NCBI GenBank assembly: GCA_027618655.1
Contig: JAQCEL010000001.1
Span: 2,238 to 66,237 of the forward strand
Direction: 5' to 3'
DNA length: 64,000 nucleotides
Source: Pseudomonadota bacterium
GTDB taxonomy: Bacteria > Pseudomonadota > Gammaproteobacteria > Ga0077536
Shown: positions 11,420 through 23,455 of the stretch, piece by piece
Layout of the letters: each line of letters begins with the position of its first letter
How positions within the stretch are numbered: the first letter of the stretch is position 1
Made by a program: the position numbers and the translations under genes
The notes under the pieces: model-generated
Seen by the model: only the letters and a program-made list of their open reading frames with translations
Told to the model about the DNA's origin: nothing
Databases searched by the model: none

Positions 11420-12649
11420 ATGAGAAAGCCAGACAAAAACCTAATTGTTGGATTAGACATCGGTACGTCGAAAGTCGTGGCTATTGTGGGTGAAATTTCG
11501 ACGAGCGGTGAAATAGAAGTGGTCGGTATCGGATCGCACGCATCGCGGGGTTTAAAGAAAGGTGTCGTGGTCAACATTGAATCTACGGTGCAATCCATTC
11601 AACGTGCGGTTGAAGAAGCTGAGCTGATGGCAGGCTGCGAGATTCATTCAGTCTATGCGGGGATCGCAGGGAGCCACATTCGCAGTCTGAATTCCCATGG
11701 AATAGTTGCGATTCGTGACGGCGAGGTTAACGCATCCGACGTTGAGCGAGTTATCGACGCGGCGCGTGCGGTTGCAATCCCTGCGGATCAAAGGATTCTG
11801 CATATTCTTCCGCAAGAATTCATCATCGATGGCCAGGAAGGGATCCGCGAGCCGATCGGCATGTCGGGCGTGCGTCTGGAATCTCGCGTTCACATGGTAA
11901 CTGGGGCCGTGAGTGCGGCACAAAACATTGTAAAGTGCGTGCGTCGTTGCGGACTGGAAGTCGATGACGTTATTTTGCAGCAGCTCGCATCCTCTTATTC
12001 AGTATTAACTGATGACGAAAAAGACCTTGGGGTATGTTTATGTGACATCGGTGGTGGCACAACCGACATCGCAATTTTCGTCAATGGAGCGATTCATCAC
12101 TCAGCTGTGATACCCATCGCCGGTGATCAGGTAACGAATGACATCGCGATAGCCTTGCGCACACCAACCCACCACGCGGAGGACATAAAGATCAAATACG
12201 CCTGCGCGCTCACGCAGCTTGCTAATAAACAAGAAACTATTGAAGTACCGAGTGTCGGAGATCGCCCGCCGCGACGGCTCGAACGCCAAACCTTGGCCGA
12301 GGTAGTTGAGCCGCGTTACGAAGAACTTTTTGGGTTGGTACAAAACGAATTGAAGCGTAGTGGTTTCGAAGAAATGGTTGTCGCTGGTGTTGTGCTAACC
12401 GGCGGCGCCTCGAAAATGGAAGGTGCAATCGATCTCGCAGAGGAAGTTTTCCATATGCCGGTGCGTCTTGGTTCTCCTCAATACGTTTCGGGGCTTGTGG
12501 ATGTCGTGCGTAATCCGATTTATTCGACTGGCGTGGGCTTACTGTTGTTCGGCAATCAAGCAGTTGATTCTGCTGCACAAAGCGCGCGATTCGAAACTCA
12601 AGGAAGTCCATTGGAACGTATGAAGAATTGGTTCCATGGAAATTTTTAA
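11420..12649 (+). CDS. ftsA: cell division protein FtsA
   Basis: 409-aa actin-like ATPase with LIVGLDIGTSKV and DIGGGTTDIAIF motifs. Confidence 0.93.
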   Translation: MRKPDKNLIVGLDIGTSKVVAIVGEISTSGEIEVVGIGSHASRGLKKGVVVNIESTVQSIQRAVEEAELMAGCEIHSVYAGIAGSHIRSLNSHGIVAIRDGEVNASDVERVIDAARAVAIPADQRILHILPQEFIIDGQEGIREPIGMSGVRLESRVHMVTGAVSAAQNIVKCVRRCGLEVDDVILQQLASSYSVLTDDEKDLGVCLCDIGGGTTDIAIFVNGAIHHSAVIPIAGDQVTNDIAIALRTPTHHAEDIKIKYACALTQLANKQETIEVPSVGDRPPRRLERQTLAEVVEPRYEELFGLVQNELKRSGFEEMVVAGVVLTGGASKMEGAIDLAEEVFHMPVRLGSPQYVSGLVDVVRNPIYSTGVGLLLFGNQAVDSAAQSARFETQGSPLERMKNWFHGNF

Positions 12650-12840
12650 ATGCTCGGAAATAAAAGCACAGAAAGTTTCATTGGAATTTATGTGCAGGTA
12701 ATAGAAGTAAAAAAGAGTGTCGAGATCTAAGTCGGTTGAATGCCGTCTTGATCCGACGAAATTGTAGCTGGAATATTTTAAATACTGCGCATTTCTTAAT
12801 GCGCGGATAATGCCTAGCAGGCGAACGCGGAGGGGCTTAT

Positions 12841-13989
12841 ATGTTTGAACTTGTAGATGCCTACAGTCAGAACGCTGTAATTAAGGTAATTGGTGTCGGT
12901 GGGGGCGGCGGGAATGCTGTGCAACATATGCTTGGCGCCGCCATTGAGGGTGTAGATTTCGTATGTGCGAATACTGACGCTCAGGCGCTCAAGAATTCGT
13001 CGGCGAAAACCGCACTGCAACTCGGTAGTGACATAACAAAAGGCCTAGGCGCGGGCGCAAATCCCGAAATAGGTCGACAGGCGGCCTTAGAAGATCGCGA
13101 TCGGATCAGTGACGTTCTAGAAGGTTCCGATATGGTTTTCATCACAGCCGGTATGGGCGGTGGTACCGGAACAGGTGCAGCGCCAGTGGTCGCCCAAATC
13201 GCAAAAGAAATGGGCATACTCACTGTTGCAGTTGTGACAAAACCCTTTTCGTTCGAAGGGCGAAAACGGACCGAGACGGCAAATGACGGGATCCGAGAAT
13301 TGAGTCAATTTGTCGATTCGTTAATCACCATCCCGAACGAAAAGTTGCTAAGCGTGCTCGGGCGAGATATCAGTCTACTCGACGCCTTTAAAGCCGCTAA
13401 CGACGTGCTGCTTGGCGCCGTACAGGGAATTGCCGAGTTGATTACCTGTCCTGGGCTAATCAATGTTGATTTTGCCGATGTGCGAACTGTCATGTCAGAA
13501 ATGGGCATGGCAATGATGGGTTCTGGAAGCGGCCGCGGAGCCGATCGTGCTCGGGATGCAGCCGAAGCTGCGATATCGAGTCCGCTATTGGAGGACATCA
13601 ATCTCGCGGGTGCTAAAGGGATCCTGGTCAACATTACGTCGGGCCTTGATTTAACCATGGGTGAATTCGAAGAAGTTGGCAACACCGTTAAATCGTTTGC
13701 CTCGGACAATGCGACGGTCGTCGTAGGGACCGTGATTGACCAGAATATGGAAGATAAAATCCGAGTTACGGTTGTTGCGACCGGGATCGGCAGTAGCTCC
13801 GATACGCGCATGAAGGAAGAAGTACCCAAGCTCAACGCGAAAGTTGCGGACCCGGATCTTGACTACAAGACGCTGGAGCGTCCCACCGTAATTCGTAAGC
13901 ATCCGGAAAGTATCGAGTATGGGGAAGCGAAAATGAGCAACCCTGATTACCTCGACATTCCGGCATTTTTGCGGCGCCAAGCGGATTAG
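12841..13989 (+). CDS. ftsZ: cell division GTPase FtsZ
   Basis: Tubulin signature [13 protein letters not shown] and the [13 protein letters not shown] motif. Confidence 0.95.
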   Translation: MFELVDAYSQNAVIKVIGVGGGGGNAVQHMLGAAIEGVDFVCANTDAQALKNSSAKTALQLGSDITKGLGAGANPEIGRQAALEDRDRISDVLEGSDMVFITAGMGGGTGTGAAPVVAQIAKEMGILTVAVVTKPFSFEGRKRTETANDGIRELSQFVDSLITIPNEKLLSVLGRDISLLDAFKAANDVLLGAVQGIAELITCPGLINVDFADVRTVMSEMGMAMMGSGSGRGADRARDAAEAAISSPLLEDINLAGAKGILVNITSGLDLTMGEFEEVGNTVKSFASDNATVVVGTVIDQNMEDKIRVTVVATGIGSSSDTRMKEEVPKLNAKVADPDLDYKTLERPTVIRKHPESIEYGEAKMSNPDYLDIPAFLRRQAD

Positions 13990-14160
13990 CTAGTTTGTGC
14001 CGATGATTGACAATTATTATTTTCTTGGCGCGACATAGCTGTTGAATGGCACAAGCTGGCCGCAAAACCTAGCAAATTGAGTTGCGAAGGTTTATCGGCG
14101 TGTCCGAAGGTGTGGTAACATCGCATGCAACATGCTCTGGATAAAGGGCAGTGGGGAATC

Positions 14161-15072
14161 ATGATTAAACAACGAACGTTGAAAAACGTCATCCGCGCGA
14201 CAGGTGTCGGTTTGCACACCGGGAAAAAGGTCTACCTAACCTTGCGGCCCGCGGCACCCGATACCGGAATTGTCTTTCGAAGAACGGACTTAAACCCGCC
14301 GCTGGAAATTCCTGCGCGGGCAGAATTTGTCGGGGACACGAGTTTATCAACTAGCCTCGCGCGTGATGGGAAGCGCATTGCAACGGTGGAGCATCTGCTC
14401 TCGGCGTTTGCCGGACTCGGGATAGACAATGCCTGCGTCGACGTCAGTGCCTCCGAAGTCCCGATAATGGACGGGAGTGCGGGTCCGTTCGTATTTCTAA
14501 TCCAATCCGCCGGATTCGAAGAACAATGCGCGGCGAAGAAATTCATTCGAATAAAACGAGTGCTTGAAGTCGAAGATGGAGACAAGCGTGCTCGATTCGA
14601 ACCGTTTGACGGATTTAAGGTTTCGTTTGCGATCGAATTCGACCACCCGTTTTTTCAACAAAGTAGCAAGCATTCAGAAATTGATTTTTCCACAACCTCA
14701 TTCGTCAAGGAAGTGAGTCGGGCCCGTACATTCGGATTTATGCGAGATGTGGAATTATTGCGCGAGAGAAACCTTGCTCTCGGCGGCAGCCTCGACAACG
14801 CCGTCGTTGTTGATGACTATCGAGTACTAAACGAGGACGGGCTGCGCTACGAAGACGAATTCGTGAAGCACAAAATTCTGGATGCTATAGGCGATTTATA
14901 CTTGTTGGGCCATAGCCTCATTGGTTCATTTCACGGCCATAAATCAGGGCACGAGTTAAACAACCGATTACTGCGGGAATTACTAGCAAACAAAAAAGCG
15001 TGGGAACTTGTCACATTTAAAAATGAGGAAGTTGCGCCTATCTCATTTATGCAACCCATGCCTGCAAGTTAA
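14161..15072 (+). CDS. lpxC: UDP-3-O-acyl-N-acetylglucosamine deacetylase LpxC
   Basis: MIKQRTLKN...[10 protein letters not shown] is a typical LpxC N-terminus, and the HKxLD and GHxxxH zinc motifs are present. The track ORF from 14125 likely includes upstream read-through. Confidence 0.9.
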   Translation: MIKQRTLKNVIRATGVGLHTGKKVYLTLRPAAPDTGIVFRRTDLNPPLEIPARAEFVGDTSLSTSLARDGKRIATVEHLLSAFAGLGIDNACVDVSASEVPIMDGSAGPFVFLIQSAGFEEQCAAKKFIRIKRVLEVEDGDKRARFEPFDGFKVSFAIEFDHPFFQQSSKHSEIDFSTTSFVKEVSRARTFGFMRDVELLRERNLALGGSLDNAVVVDDYRVLNEDGLRYEDEFVKHKILDAIGDLYLLGHSLIGSFHGHKSGHELNNRLLRELLANKKAWELVTFKNEEVAPISFMQPMPAS

Positions 15073-15139
15073 AACAGTAACGCTTATCTGCACTGTCTCC
15101 AGCGTTTTATCAAAAACCTTTCTGCGTCGTTTTTTGATC

Positions 15140-15604
15140 CTAATGCTTATGTCTCTTGAGACGTCTCAAGATCAGCTGCAGCGCGGGATCAGAGACCTGA
15201 CCTGCGCAGGATTCTAAACTAGCCATGTCGGAGGCGCTCAGAGCCGGCATCCTTCGTGGCTTTTGCTCCGTCTCTGAACCCTTACGCGAGGCAATCTTTA
15301 CGCGAATCGAGTCAACATCAGGACAATCCTGATCGGATTTATACACGCTGTGAAGCTCCGGGATCTTATATCGAAGTTTCGTGGCCCAGGCTGCCGATTC
15401 AACAATGAGCGTAAGTTTCCGGTCGCGCCACAATGCAACCTGAATATGGTCGCGCAACGGAGCATCGATTAGCCGCATGAATCGTTGTTCAATTTCGGCG
15501 TACTGTGCGGCTTCCTGTACTAATTGCCGTAGGGTTGAGTTTCGGGCGACAATAGCGCCTAGTTTTGTGGGGGACGACATCGTAGGCAACCTTCGATTCA
15601 TCAA
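15140..15604 (-). CDS. DUF721 (DciA-like) domain protein
   Basis: 154-aa ORF on minus strand between lpxC and the M23 peptidase. This is the position that DUF721 proteins hold in Pseudomonas-type lpxC to secA regions. The family call is from context and weak pattern recall. Start uncertain. Confidence 0.55.
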   Translation of the reverse strand: MMNRRLPTMSSPTKLGAIVARNSTLRQLVQEAAQYAEIEQRFMRLIDAPLRDHIQVALWRDRKLTLIVESAAWATKLRYKIPELHSVYKSDQDCPDVDSIRVKIASRKGSETEQKPRRMPALSASDMASLESCAGQVSDPALQLILRRLKRHKH

Positions 15605-15649
15605 GTGCCCAGTCTAACCTGGTGGCCTGCCAACCGAAATCAAAAATCA

Positions 15650-16588
15650 ATGGAACTCGTACTAATTTCTAATTCAAAGGGCGCGTTCGCAAGAGTCCGC
15701 TTCGGAATTTGGCGGTCAATGACCGCAATGTTGATCGTATCCGCTCTGGTTTTCGGCACCGGTTACAGCGGATTTAAGCGTGGCGAGGATTCAATGGCGA
15801 ATGCCATCCGCACTGACCCAGCGTTCGCTAGAACAATTTGGCAAGAAGAATTGGTCGCGCAGCGCCAATTGCTACGCGATATGCGCATCGGTTCGCAATC
15901 CGAGTTAACCACGCTAGCCGCTCGAACAGGTATCTTACAAGCCCATGTAACACGGCTAGATGCACTTGCCGAACGTCTTGTGTCGGTCGCGGACTTAGAC
16001 CCCAAAGAATTCGGGTTTACTGATGTGCCGGGTTTAGGTGGGCCCGATCCCGAACGTTCGGTCACGCCAAAATGGGCATCTTTGCTCGCGAATTTAGACT
16101 CTTTAAGTACGGATATCAAGGTTAGAGAAGACAGATTGGACGCATTAGAAGCGCAGATTTTCGATCGCCGCTTGCACGACGATATGCATCCCGCAGGACG
16201 GCCGATCGAACACGGTTGGATTTCCTCGCAATTCGGTTACCGAACCCATCCAGTTAGCGGGTCACGCGAGTTCCACAGCGGAATAGATTTCGCTGGTAAG
16301 GCGGGTTTAGATGTATTGTCCGTCGGTTCAGGAATCGTGACTTGGTCCGGCGAACGTTGGGGATACGGCAACATGGTTGAGATAAATCACGGTAACGACT
16401 ACGTAACCCGTTACGCGCACAACAAGAAGAATCTGGTGAAAATTGGCGACACGGTGGCAAAAGACGCGCCAATCGCACTACTTGGGTCAACCGGCAGCTC
16501 GACTGGCCCACACGTCCATTTCGAAGTGTTGCACAATGGGAAAGTCGTTAATCCGCGCGACTTCATAAAGCAAGCTGCTGCTAATTAA
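15650..16588 (+). CDS. M23 family metallopeptidase (LytM domain) with N-terminal TM anchor and coiled-coil
   Basis: C-terminal HSGIDFAG...HVHFEV M23 motifs. Has a membrane anchor. Start may be 15605, 15650 or 15719; real divergent promoters with the upstream minus-strand gene argue against 15605. Confidence 0.75.
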   Translation: MELVLISNSKGAFARVRFGIWRSMTAMLIVSALVFGTGYSGFKRGEDSMANAIRTDPAFARTIWQEELVAQRQLLRDMRIGSQSELTTLAARTGILQAHVTRLDALAERLVSVADLDPKEFGFTDVPGLGGPDPERSVTPKWASLLANLDSLSTDIKVREDRLDALEAQIFDRRLHDDMHPAGRPIEHGWISSQFGYRTHPVSGSREFHSGIDFAGKAGLDVLSVGSGIVTWSGERWGYGNMVEINHGNDYVTRYAHNKKNLVKIGDTVAKDAPIALLGSTGSSTGPHVHFEVLHNGKVVNPRDFIKQAAAN

Positions 16589-16819
16589 ATTCACTGGGAT
16601 CCCTGCCAGATGGCGGTACTACTTTGCTACAATGCCGACACTTCGAGCGTGGGCGCTCGCAACGCCGATTGATAACAAAAAGCGGGCACTCATGGCGATG
16701 CAGTCTCTGACCTGAGTAACGATCACACCTGTAAGCGACGAAAAGTCACTTGATTTAGCCTTACAGAATGAGGCGCACGCGTGACTCATTCCAATGAAAA
16801 CCAGATTGACGAGATCCGT

Positions 16820-19567
16820 ATGAGCCTAAATCCTCTCAAGTTTCCGCAAAAAATAATCCAGTCAGTTTTCGGGACTCGTAACGACCGATATCTGAAAAAA
16901 CTGAGCAAACCGATCGCGGAAATTAACTCACTCGAGGAACAATTCGAGGCCCTCAGCGATGATCAGCTACGCGATAAAACCGGCGAATTTAAGACCTTAT
17001 TGGCCGACGGGAAAACCCTTGACGACATCTTACCGGCGGCATTTGCACTTGTTCGAGAAGCCGCTAAAAGAGTCTTGGACATGCGCCATTTCGACGTGCA
17101 ATTGCTGGGTTCAATGGTCTTGCACCAAGGGAAAATCGCCGAAATGCGGACCGGCGAAGGTAAGACTCTCGTCGCCACCTTGGCAACTTATTTGAATGCG
17201 TTGTCTGGTCGCGGCGTTCATGTCATCACGGTCAACGATTATTTAGCGAAACGCGATGCCGAATGGATGGGGCGGATCCATTCGTTCCTAGGCATGAGTG
17301 TTGGCGTCGTCCTATCCGGAATGGACGCAAACGACCGAAAAGCTGCCTATGGTGCTGATATTACCTACGGTACGAACAATGAATTCGGGTTCGATTATCT
17401 TCGCGACAATATGGCCTTTTCGATCGAGCAGCGCGTGCAACGTGAATTGGTCTATGCGGTTGTCGACGAAGTTGATTCAATTTTAATTGATGAAGCTCGA
17501 ACCCCGCTCATAATTTCTGGCCCCACTGATGACCGGAGCGATATCTACGCCAAGATTGATCAAATTGTTCCTAAGCTGGCGCGTCAGCAAGGCTTGGTAG
17601 AGGACGGCGAAGAAGGCGATGGGGATTACTCGGTCGATGAAAAATCACGTCAAGTCTCGCTCACGGAACAAGGCCATGAACGGGTAGAAATACTGTTAAC
17701 CGAGAACGGCCTACTTGCGGCCGGCGAAAGTTTATACAGCACCGTGAATATTTCTCTGATGGCGCACGTTAACGCGGCATTGCGTGCTCATGCCTTGTTC
17801 AAGCGCGACGTCGATTACGTTGTCCAGAACGGCGAAATTGTGATCGTCGACGAGTTCACGGGTCGGACAATGGCCGGCAGGCGCTGGTCCGAGGGACTAC
17901 ACCAGGCTGTGGAGGCGAAAGAAGGGGTCTCGATACAACAAGAAAACCAGACATTGGCATCGATAACGTATCAAAATTATTTTCGCTTATATGAAAAGCT
18001 GTCCGGAATGACGGGTACGGCGGACACAGAAGCCTACGAGTTTCAGCAGATTTATGGTCTCGAGGTTGTCGTCGTCCCAACGCACAGGGACATGATTCGC
18101 GCTGACCTCGGCGACGTAATTTTCCTGACGGCAAAAGAAAAATACGCCGCGATTATCGAAGACATTCGTGAGTGTATAGAAACCGGACAACCCGTATTAG
18201 TCGGAACCGCATCGATCGATAGTTCCGAGTATCTGTCTAAATTATTAGATAAAGAAAAAATAAACCATCAAGTGCTGAACGCAAAATTTCATGAACGCGA
18301 AGCACAAATTATCGCTGACGCGGGGCGCCCCGGTACGGTTACCGTGGCGACAAACATGGCCGGTCGAGGAACGGATATCGTACTCGGCGGCGGACTCGAA
18401 TCAGAGTTGGCGAAGCTCGAGAATCCGAGCGAAGAAGAAGTCGCTGCTTTAAAAATGGATTGGCAAGAACGGCACGATAAAGTCCTAGCGTCGGGCGGGC
18501 TGCATATTATTGGAACCGAGCGGCACGAATCGCGCCGCATCGATAACCAATTGCGCGGTCGATCTGGTCGTCAAGGCGATCCTGGTTCCAGTCGTTTCTA
18601 TTTGTCGCTTGAAGACAATCTGATGCGGATCTTCGCTTCAGAGAGGGTCGCAAGCCTTATGCAGAAACTAGGCATGGAAGAGGGTGAGGCGATTGAACAT
18701 CCGTGGGTTACAAAGGCGATCGAGAACGCACAAAGAAAAGTTGAAGGTCGAAATTTTGATATCCGCAAGCAATTACTTGAATTTGATGATGTTGCGAATG
18801 ATCAACGTAAACACGTTTACGAACAACGTCGGGAACTTATGGAGGCAGATGACGTTTCCGAGAATATTAAGGGTATTCGACATGACGTCGTTAGCGAATT
18901 CATTGATCGATTCATTCCTCCGAAAAGCTTCGACGAATCGTGGGACGTCGCCGGCCTTACGCGCGCCTTAGAATCCGAATTTGCACAACGTTGCGATCTT
19001 GCAGCTTGGTTGGAATCCGACGAGCAATTGGACGAAGCGGGCTTGCGCAGCCGGATACTCGAAAGTATCGAGAGTACGTACAATGATAAGGACGAGCGCG
19101 TTGGACCAGAAGTGATGCGTCAATTCGAAAAGGCGATCATGCTGCAGATCTTGGACAGTCATTGGAAAGACCATCTGGCAGCGATGGATTACCTTCGCCA
19201 AGGAATCCATCTACGCGGCTTTGCGCAAAAGAATCCCAAGCAGGAATATAAACGCGAGGCATTCGAAATGTTCTCGCGGATGCTTGGTGAGATCATGCAC
19301 CAAGTGATTTCCGTGCTATCGAAGGTCGAGGTGAAGGAGCGAGAAGACGTCGCCGCTGTCGAAGAGCAACGCCGGCAAAAGGTTGCCGAAATGGAATTCC
19401 AGCACAAAACGCCCGAAAATTCGCTCGCTATGAATGTCAGCGCCAGTAACGCGGAACCACCGGACAACTCGCCATTCGTCCGCAAAGGACAAAAAATCGG
19501 GAGAAACGAACCCTGTCCATGCGGCTCGGGCAAGAAATATAAACAGTGTCACGGAAAGCTCGTTTAA
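16820..19567 (+). CDS. secA: preprotein translocase ATPase SecA
   Basis: The SecA DEAD motor is present ([39 protein letters not shown]). C-terminal zinc-binding tail [14 protein letters not shown]. The track ORF begins at an upstream GTG (16781); ATG at 16820 gives a typical N-terminus. Confidence 0.93.
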   Translation: MSLNPLKFPQKIIQSVFGTRNDRYLKKLSKPIAEINSLEEQFEALSDDQLRDKTGEFKTLLADGKTLDDILPAAFALVREAAKRVLDMRHFDVQLLGSMVLHQGKIAEMRTGEGKTLVATLATYLNALSGRGVHVITVNDYLAKRDAEWMGRIHSFLGMSVGVVLSGMDANDRKAAYGADITYGTNNEFGFDYLRDNMAFSIEQRVQRELVYAVVDEVDSILIDEARTPLIISGPTDDRSDIYAKIDQIVPKLARQQGLVEDGEEGDGDYSVDEKSRQVSLTEQGHERVEILLTENGLLAAGESLYSTVNISLMAHVNAALRAHALFKRDVDYVVQNGEIVIVDEFTGRTMAGRRWSEGLHQAVEAKEGVSIQQENQTLASITYQNYFRLYEKLSGMTGTADTEAYEFQQIYGLEVVVVPTHRDMIRADLGDVIFLTAKEKYAAIIEDIRECIETGQPVLVGTASIDSSEYLSKLLDKEKINHQVLNAKFHEREAQIIADAGRPGTVTVATNMAGRGTDIVLGGGLESELAKLENPSEEEVAALKMDWQERHDKVLASGGLHIIGTERHESRRIDNQLRGRSGRQGDPGSSRFYLSLEDNLMRIFASERVASLMQKLGMEEGEAIEHPWVTKAIENAQRKVEGRNFDIRKQLLEFDDVANDQRKHVYEQRRELMEADDVSENIKGIRHDVVSEFIDRFIPPKSFDESWDVAGLTRALESEFAQRCDLAAWLESDEQLDEAGLRSRILESIESTYNDKDERVGPEVMRQFEKAIMLQILDSHWKDHLAAMDYLRQGIHLRGFAQKNPKQEYKREAFEMFSRMLGEIMHQVISVLSKVEVKEREDVAAVEEQRRQKVAEMEFQHKTPENSLAMNVSASNAEPPDNSPFVRKGQKIGRNEPCPCGSGKKYKQCHGKLV

Positions 19568-19881
19568 GCGCTGAGATCATAAAACGCGGCTGGTGGGATC
19601 CTGAACCAAATTATCCGAATGGTGAGCCGCCATGGATATCTGCTTAGATCAGTCTGACGGTTCTTGTAACTTCATGCTGAAGCAAATATTCAAGTGGCAA
19701 TCGGTCGAAAATGCTAATCAGAGCGAATCGGGAGCCCCGTTCGAGCACGGAATTAAGCCTGCACGCGAGCGTGGCGCTAGTGGCGGCAAATTCTAAAGTT
19801 CTCACATGATTCTTACGTTCCGTCATCACATCGCTCAGCGCCACAAATGCGCTTGGGAGTGCGCGAAATAGGATCCAGACT

Positions 19882-20907
19882 ATGGCAGTCGTCTCAAATC
19901 CGATAGTTGACGTCGTCGCGGGTGTTATTCGCCGCGCTGATGGAAAAATGCTATTAGCACTGCGACACAAGGACGCACACCAAGGCGGACTTTGGGAATT
20001 TCCAGGCGGGAAACGAGAACCAAACGAAAATCGCTTTGCGGCGCTCAAACGAGAACTTCGCGAAGAGTTAGGGATAACTATCTGTAGCGCGACGCCGCTC
20101 CTGCGGCTTCAATATGCGTATCCAACGAAGACAGTCGATCTCGACGCGTGGGAAGTATTACAGTGGGATGGGACAGAGCGTGGCTGCGAAGGCCAGCAGA
20201 TCGCCTGGGTCGCACCTTCGGAATTGACTAACTATCGCTTTCCCGCTGCGAACGAACCGATTATTCGGGCCGCCTTTTTGCCGAGGATATTACTCACGCT
20301 TGCGCTATCAGCGACGCTCGAACGATTTCCTGTCGAACAATTTAAATCCGCAATTGCAGCGGGGCTGGGAAACATCTTGCATTTTCCGGCAGGTTTCCCT
20401 GCTAGTTTGCGCGACTTTCGAATGCGCGAGCTTATTCGATTTTGCGGCCAAGTCGGCACCAAGCTCCTGATTATCGATGATGCGCTTAGCGAGCGAGGCT
20501 TTAATTCAAAAGCACACGCACTAAGTTCCAATGGGCTTGGCGACTACAGCCGCAATATTTTCGTTGGCGTCGTTTGTAACGCGCCCGAGGAACTCGCGCA
20601 CGCCGAGCTCAATGGCGCCGATTTTGCTGTTTTGCGTGCGCAAATATTCGAGAATCTACGAGCCGGTCTTTCCCCCGTAGCGTGGACCGAGCTTGCAGCG
20701 CTAGTTCTGCGAAGCAGTATGCCAGTCTATATCGAAGGCGATTTCGGTGAACCCGATCTAGCGCGCGCTATTAATGCGGGATGCCAAGGTATCGCCTTGA
20801 ACCGAAGCTTTCGCCCGACCGACTCGGCGATGATTACGCAAGCTGCAAAAATTGCTGAAGTTCGCGATTCAACTAATCAGACAGCGACATACCAAGACGC
20901 GAGATGA
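19882..20907 (+). CDS. mutT: Nudix hydrolase MutT (8-oxo-dGTP diphosphatase) fused to a TenI/ThiE-like (thiamine-phosphate synthase fold) domain
   Basis: N-terminal Nudix box GGKREPNENRFAALKRELREELGI. The C-terminal ~190 aa look like a TIM-barrel ThiE/TenI domain. The same fusion is found downstream of secA in Pseudomonas. Confidence 0.8.
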   Translation: MAVVSNPIVDVVAGVIRRADGKMLLALRHKDAHQGGLWEFPGGKREPNENRFAALKRELREELGITICSATPLLRLQYAYPTKTVDLDAWEVLQWDGTERGCEGQQIAWVAPSELTNYRFPAANEPIIRAAFLPRILLTLALSATLERFPVEQFKSAIAAGLGNILHFPAGFPASLRDFRMRELIRFCGQVGTKLLIIDDALSERGFNSKAHALSSNGLGDYSRNIFVGVVCNAPEELAHAELNGADFAVLRAQIFENLRAGLSPVAWTELAALVLRSSMPVYIEGDFGEPDLARAINAGCQGIALNRSFRPTDSAMITQAAKIAEVRDSTNQTATYQDAR

Positions 20908-20917
20908 TCTGATTTAG

Positions 20918-21730
20918 TTAGATCGCGCAACACTGCAGATTGAATTTAACGACTTCGCGCGCTTGAACAGGCCGACCTTTAGTGTCGGGTTGGCGAAAAA
21001 ATCGCACCACGAATCGATGCTTACCACCGCTAATTTCTGGGAAAATGTCCAGAGTATTATCGATCGTTAGTCGAATCAGTTGGTACTGCAAGGCGGGATC
21101 GAGCTGTTGTTGATAAAGGCCGTCTTCGACCGATAACGAGCGACCTGACGAGCTCTCACGAAGCATTTTTAGCACTTTAGACACGGCTCGCTCAATGATC
21201 ACTAAATCAGATAGCCAATTCTTAAGGTGCGCGGAGCGCACGGCCAACGGCTTACAGAGCCAGTGATGAAACGCAGGTAGATCGAAATTACACGTCCCGC
21301 CAGGAATGGCTATACGTTGTTTTACCTGGGTGATCAATTCGTCGGCGCGCATAGTCGCACCAGGGTGGCAAGCAGTTGATTTTAAGTTGCTAACCAGCGG
21401 GACAACGTCAGCAAGAATCCCCTCAAGTGTTGCTTGGTCGACGTCGGGATTGTTCCGTAACGTAGTGATTTTTGCGACGTGGCGTTCCAATTCTTTGATC
21501 AACTCACCCTTTATATCCGTGCGAGTGAGTAAATCGCATACTTCTAGTGTACTGACTATGCCGGCTCTCGCGTGCCATTCAGTTTCACCATCCAGCCCGT
21601 CGCGGATCGCCGAAAAAAGATGCTCGAGTCGCAAGCAGTTTCGTATTCGCTCGCTGAGCGGTTGCTCGAACACGGTGACGATATCAGCCTCCGGGAATAG
21701 TGTGCTTTGGGCTCCGATTTCGGTGCTCAT
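20918..21730 (-). CDS. zapD: cell division protein ZapD
   Basis: 270-aa ORF with VFEQPLSERIRNCLRLEHLF, which matches the ZapD/YacF N-terminal pattern. Convergent with mutT. Start is uncertain: as drawn it overlaps the coaE 3' end by ~47 bp. Confidence 0.7.
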   Translation of the reverse strand: MSTEIGAQSTLFPEADIVTVFEQPLSERIRNCLRLEHLFSAIRDGLDGETEWHARAGIVSTLEVCDLLTRTDIKGELIKELERHVAKITTLRNNPDVDQATLEGILADVVPLVSNLKSTACHPGATMRADELITQVKQRIAIPGGTCNFDLPAFHHWLCKPLAVRSAHLKNWLSDLVIIERAVSKVLKMLRESSSGRSLSVEDGLYQQQLDPALQYQLIRLTIDNTLDIFPEISGGKHRFVVRFFRQPDTKGRPVQAREVVKFNLQCCAI

Positions 21731-22357
21731 TTGTTTTGCGCTCTAGCATTAGTTGTTCCGCGATCATCAGATATTTTGTGTGTAAGGCTTCAACCGGATC
21801 GCGGAGCGAATCAAGTCCTGCTGCATTTTCGACGATGTCGTCGGCTAAGCGCAACCGCTGTTCACGCGATGCTTGGGTTTGCATAATCGACTCCACTTGT
21901 GCTCGGGACAAACTATCTCGGGCCATAACGCGAGCTATCTGAACTTCGACAGGGCAATCGATAACTAATATCCGGTCAATATTCTCATAGACGCGTCTTT
22001 CGACGAGCAGCGGTACACACAAGATGCAATAAGGAGACCGAACTTCACTGAGCTGAGTTCTTATTCGCTCGCGGATCAGGGGATGCAGGATCGATTCTAG
22101 CGTTTTCCGCTTGCTTTCATCTTCGAAAATCAATTGGCGCATCTTCGCACGATCGATAGTGCCTTCGTCGTTCAATACCTCGGAACCAAAGGCCCGAACG
22201 ACGGCTAGCAATCCTGTAGTCCCAGGTGCGACGACTTCACGGGACACAATATCGGCATCCACTATTGGAACATCGAAGCGCTCGAACTCCCGGCACACTG
22301 CCGACTTGCCGGAGCCTATTCCACCTGTTAGGCCGACTACGAAAGTTTGACTCATAG
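21684..22357 (-). CDS. coaE: dephospho-CoA kinase
   Basis: The internal Met gives MSQTFVVGLTGGIGSGKS, a P-loop typical of CoaE. Its start abuts the pilD stop. The longer track ORF is read-through into pilD. Confidence 0.88.
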
Positions 22358-23221
22358 TGCACCGGTCCCAAATAAATAGCGTTGCGTAATTTCGTCGCCC
22401 CAGATCAGCGCGATCCACCCGGCTGTCGCGAGATAGGGGCCAAAGGGGATCGGTTTTGATCTGTCGTGGGCGGCGAATAGCATCATCGATACGCCGACGC
22501 ACGCGCCGACAACCGAGGAGACAACAATGACAACGGGAAGAACGTGCCATCCCAACCAGGCACCCAGTACGGCTAGCAGCTTAAAGTCACCATACCCCAT
22601 TCCATCCTTGCCGGTCGCCAACTTGAATCCCCAAAACACGGTCCATAGGGACAAGTAGCCGAAGATAGCCCCGAGTATGGATTCCTCAAGACTGACAAAC
22701 ACACCAAAGTAGTTCACGATTATCCCTGACCAGAGGAGTGGTAGCGTGATTGCGTCGGGTAACAATTGCGTATCGATGTCGATTGCGGCGAGCGAAATAA
22801 GACACCACGACAACGCTAACGCACTGATACCAGCAGCGCTGAATCCGAAGTGGATCGATACCACGATCGCGACTATTGCACTCGTCACTTCAATGACTGG
22901 GTAGCGGACCGAGATTGGCGCTTTGCATCCCTTACATTTCCCCCCCAATAAAACGTAACTGATGACCGGAATATTCTCCAAGGCGCTGATTTCATGATTG
23001 CATGATGGGCAACGTGAACGTGGTGTCATTAGATTGAACGGCTCTAGCTCGTGCGATATTGAATCGTTATTTAGTAAAGACGCACATTCCCCGCGCCACT
23101 CCCGTTCCATCATCAGTGGCAAGCGATGAATGACTACATTGAGGAAGCTTCCGACCAGTAGGCCTAAGGTGCCCGCAACAATGACGAACAATGTCGGGTT
23201 TAGTTGAAGCAGCTCGATCAC
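22352..23221 (-). CDS. pilD: prepilin peptidase / N-methyltransferase PilD
   Basis: 289 aa with a tetra-Cys motif (CPSCNHEI...CKGCKAP) and the A24 peptidase membrane domain (DGMGYGDFKLLA). Confidence 0.92.
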   Translation of the reverse strand: MIELLQLNPTLFVIVAGTLGLLVGSFLNVVIHRLPLMMEREWRGECASLLNNDSISHELEPFNLMTPRSRCPSCNHEISALENIPVISYVLLGGKCKGCKAPISVRYPVIEVTSAIVAIVVSIHFGFSAAGISALALSWCLISLAAIDIDTQLLPDAITLPLLWSGIIVNYFGVFVSLEESILGAIFGYLSLWTVFWGFKLATGKDGMGYGDFKLLAVLGAWLGWHVLPVVIVVSSVVGACVGVSMMLFAAHDRSKPIPFGPYLATAGWIALIWGDEITQRYLFGTGAL

Positions 23222-23455
23222 AATTACGGCTCACCCATTTTGCAGAGAATGAAGTTAATTAGCCGCGTTTCGCGACGAGGTATACATCGATGAATTCGCA
23301 CACGGGGATGCAGGAACGAGGTCCATCAATTGTGCGATCTTGGCTAGTCGAAACGACACCTTGCCGCTTCAACTAGCCGGGGTTTTGCCAACCTGAGGGC
23401 GGAGCACTTCCAGACAGAGAATTGCGTTCACTACGAGCTTTATTCGCGAATTGTG

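Noticed and set aside
13305-13835. 176-aa ORF antisense to ftsZ
   Set aside because: Lies entirely inside the high-confidence ftsZ gene on the opposite strand. Low-complexity Ser/Thr/Ala composition typical of antisense frames in GC-rich genes.
19644-20048. 134-aa minus-strand ORF spanning the secA-mutT intergenic region and mutT start
   Set aside because: Overlaps the mutT 5' end. No recognisable domain. Likely spurious.
21684-21730. 47-bp overlap between the coaE 3' end and the zapD 5' end
   Set aside because: Probably an artefact of choosing the longest zapD ORF. A downstream GTG/TTG start near the conserved VFEQPL motif would remove the overlap.
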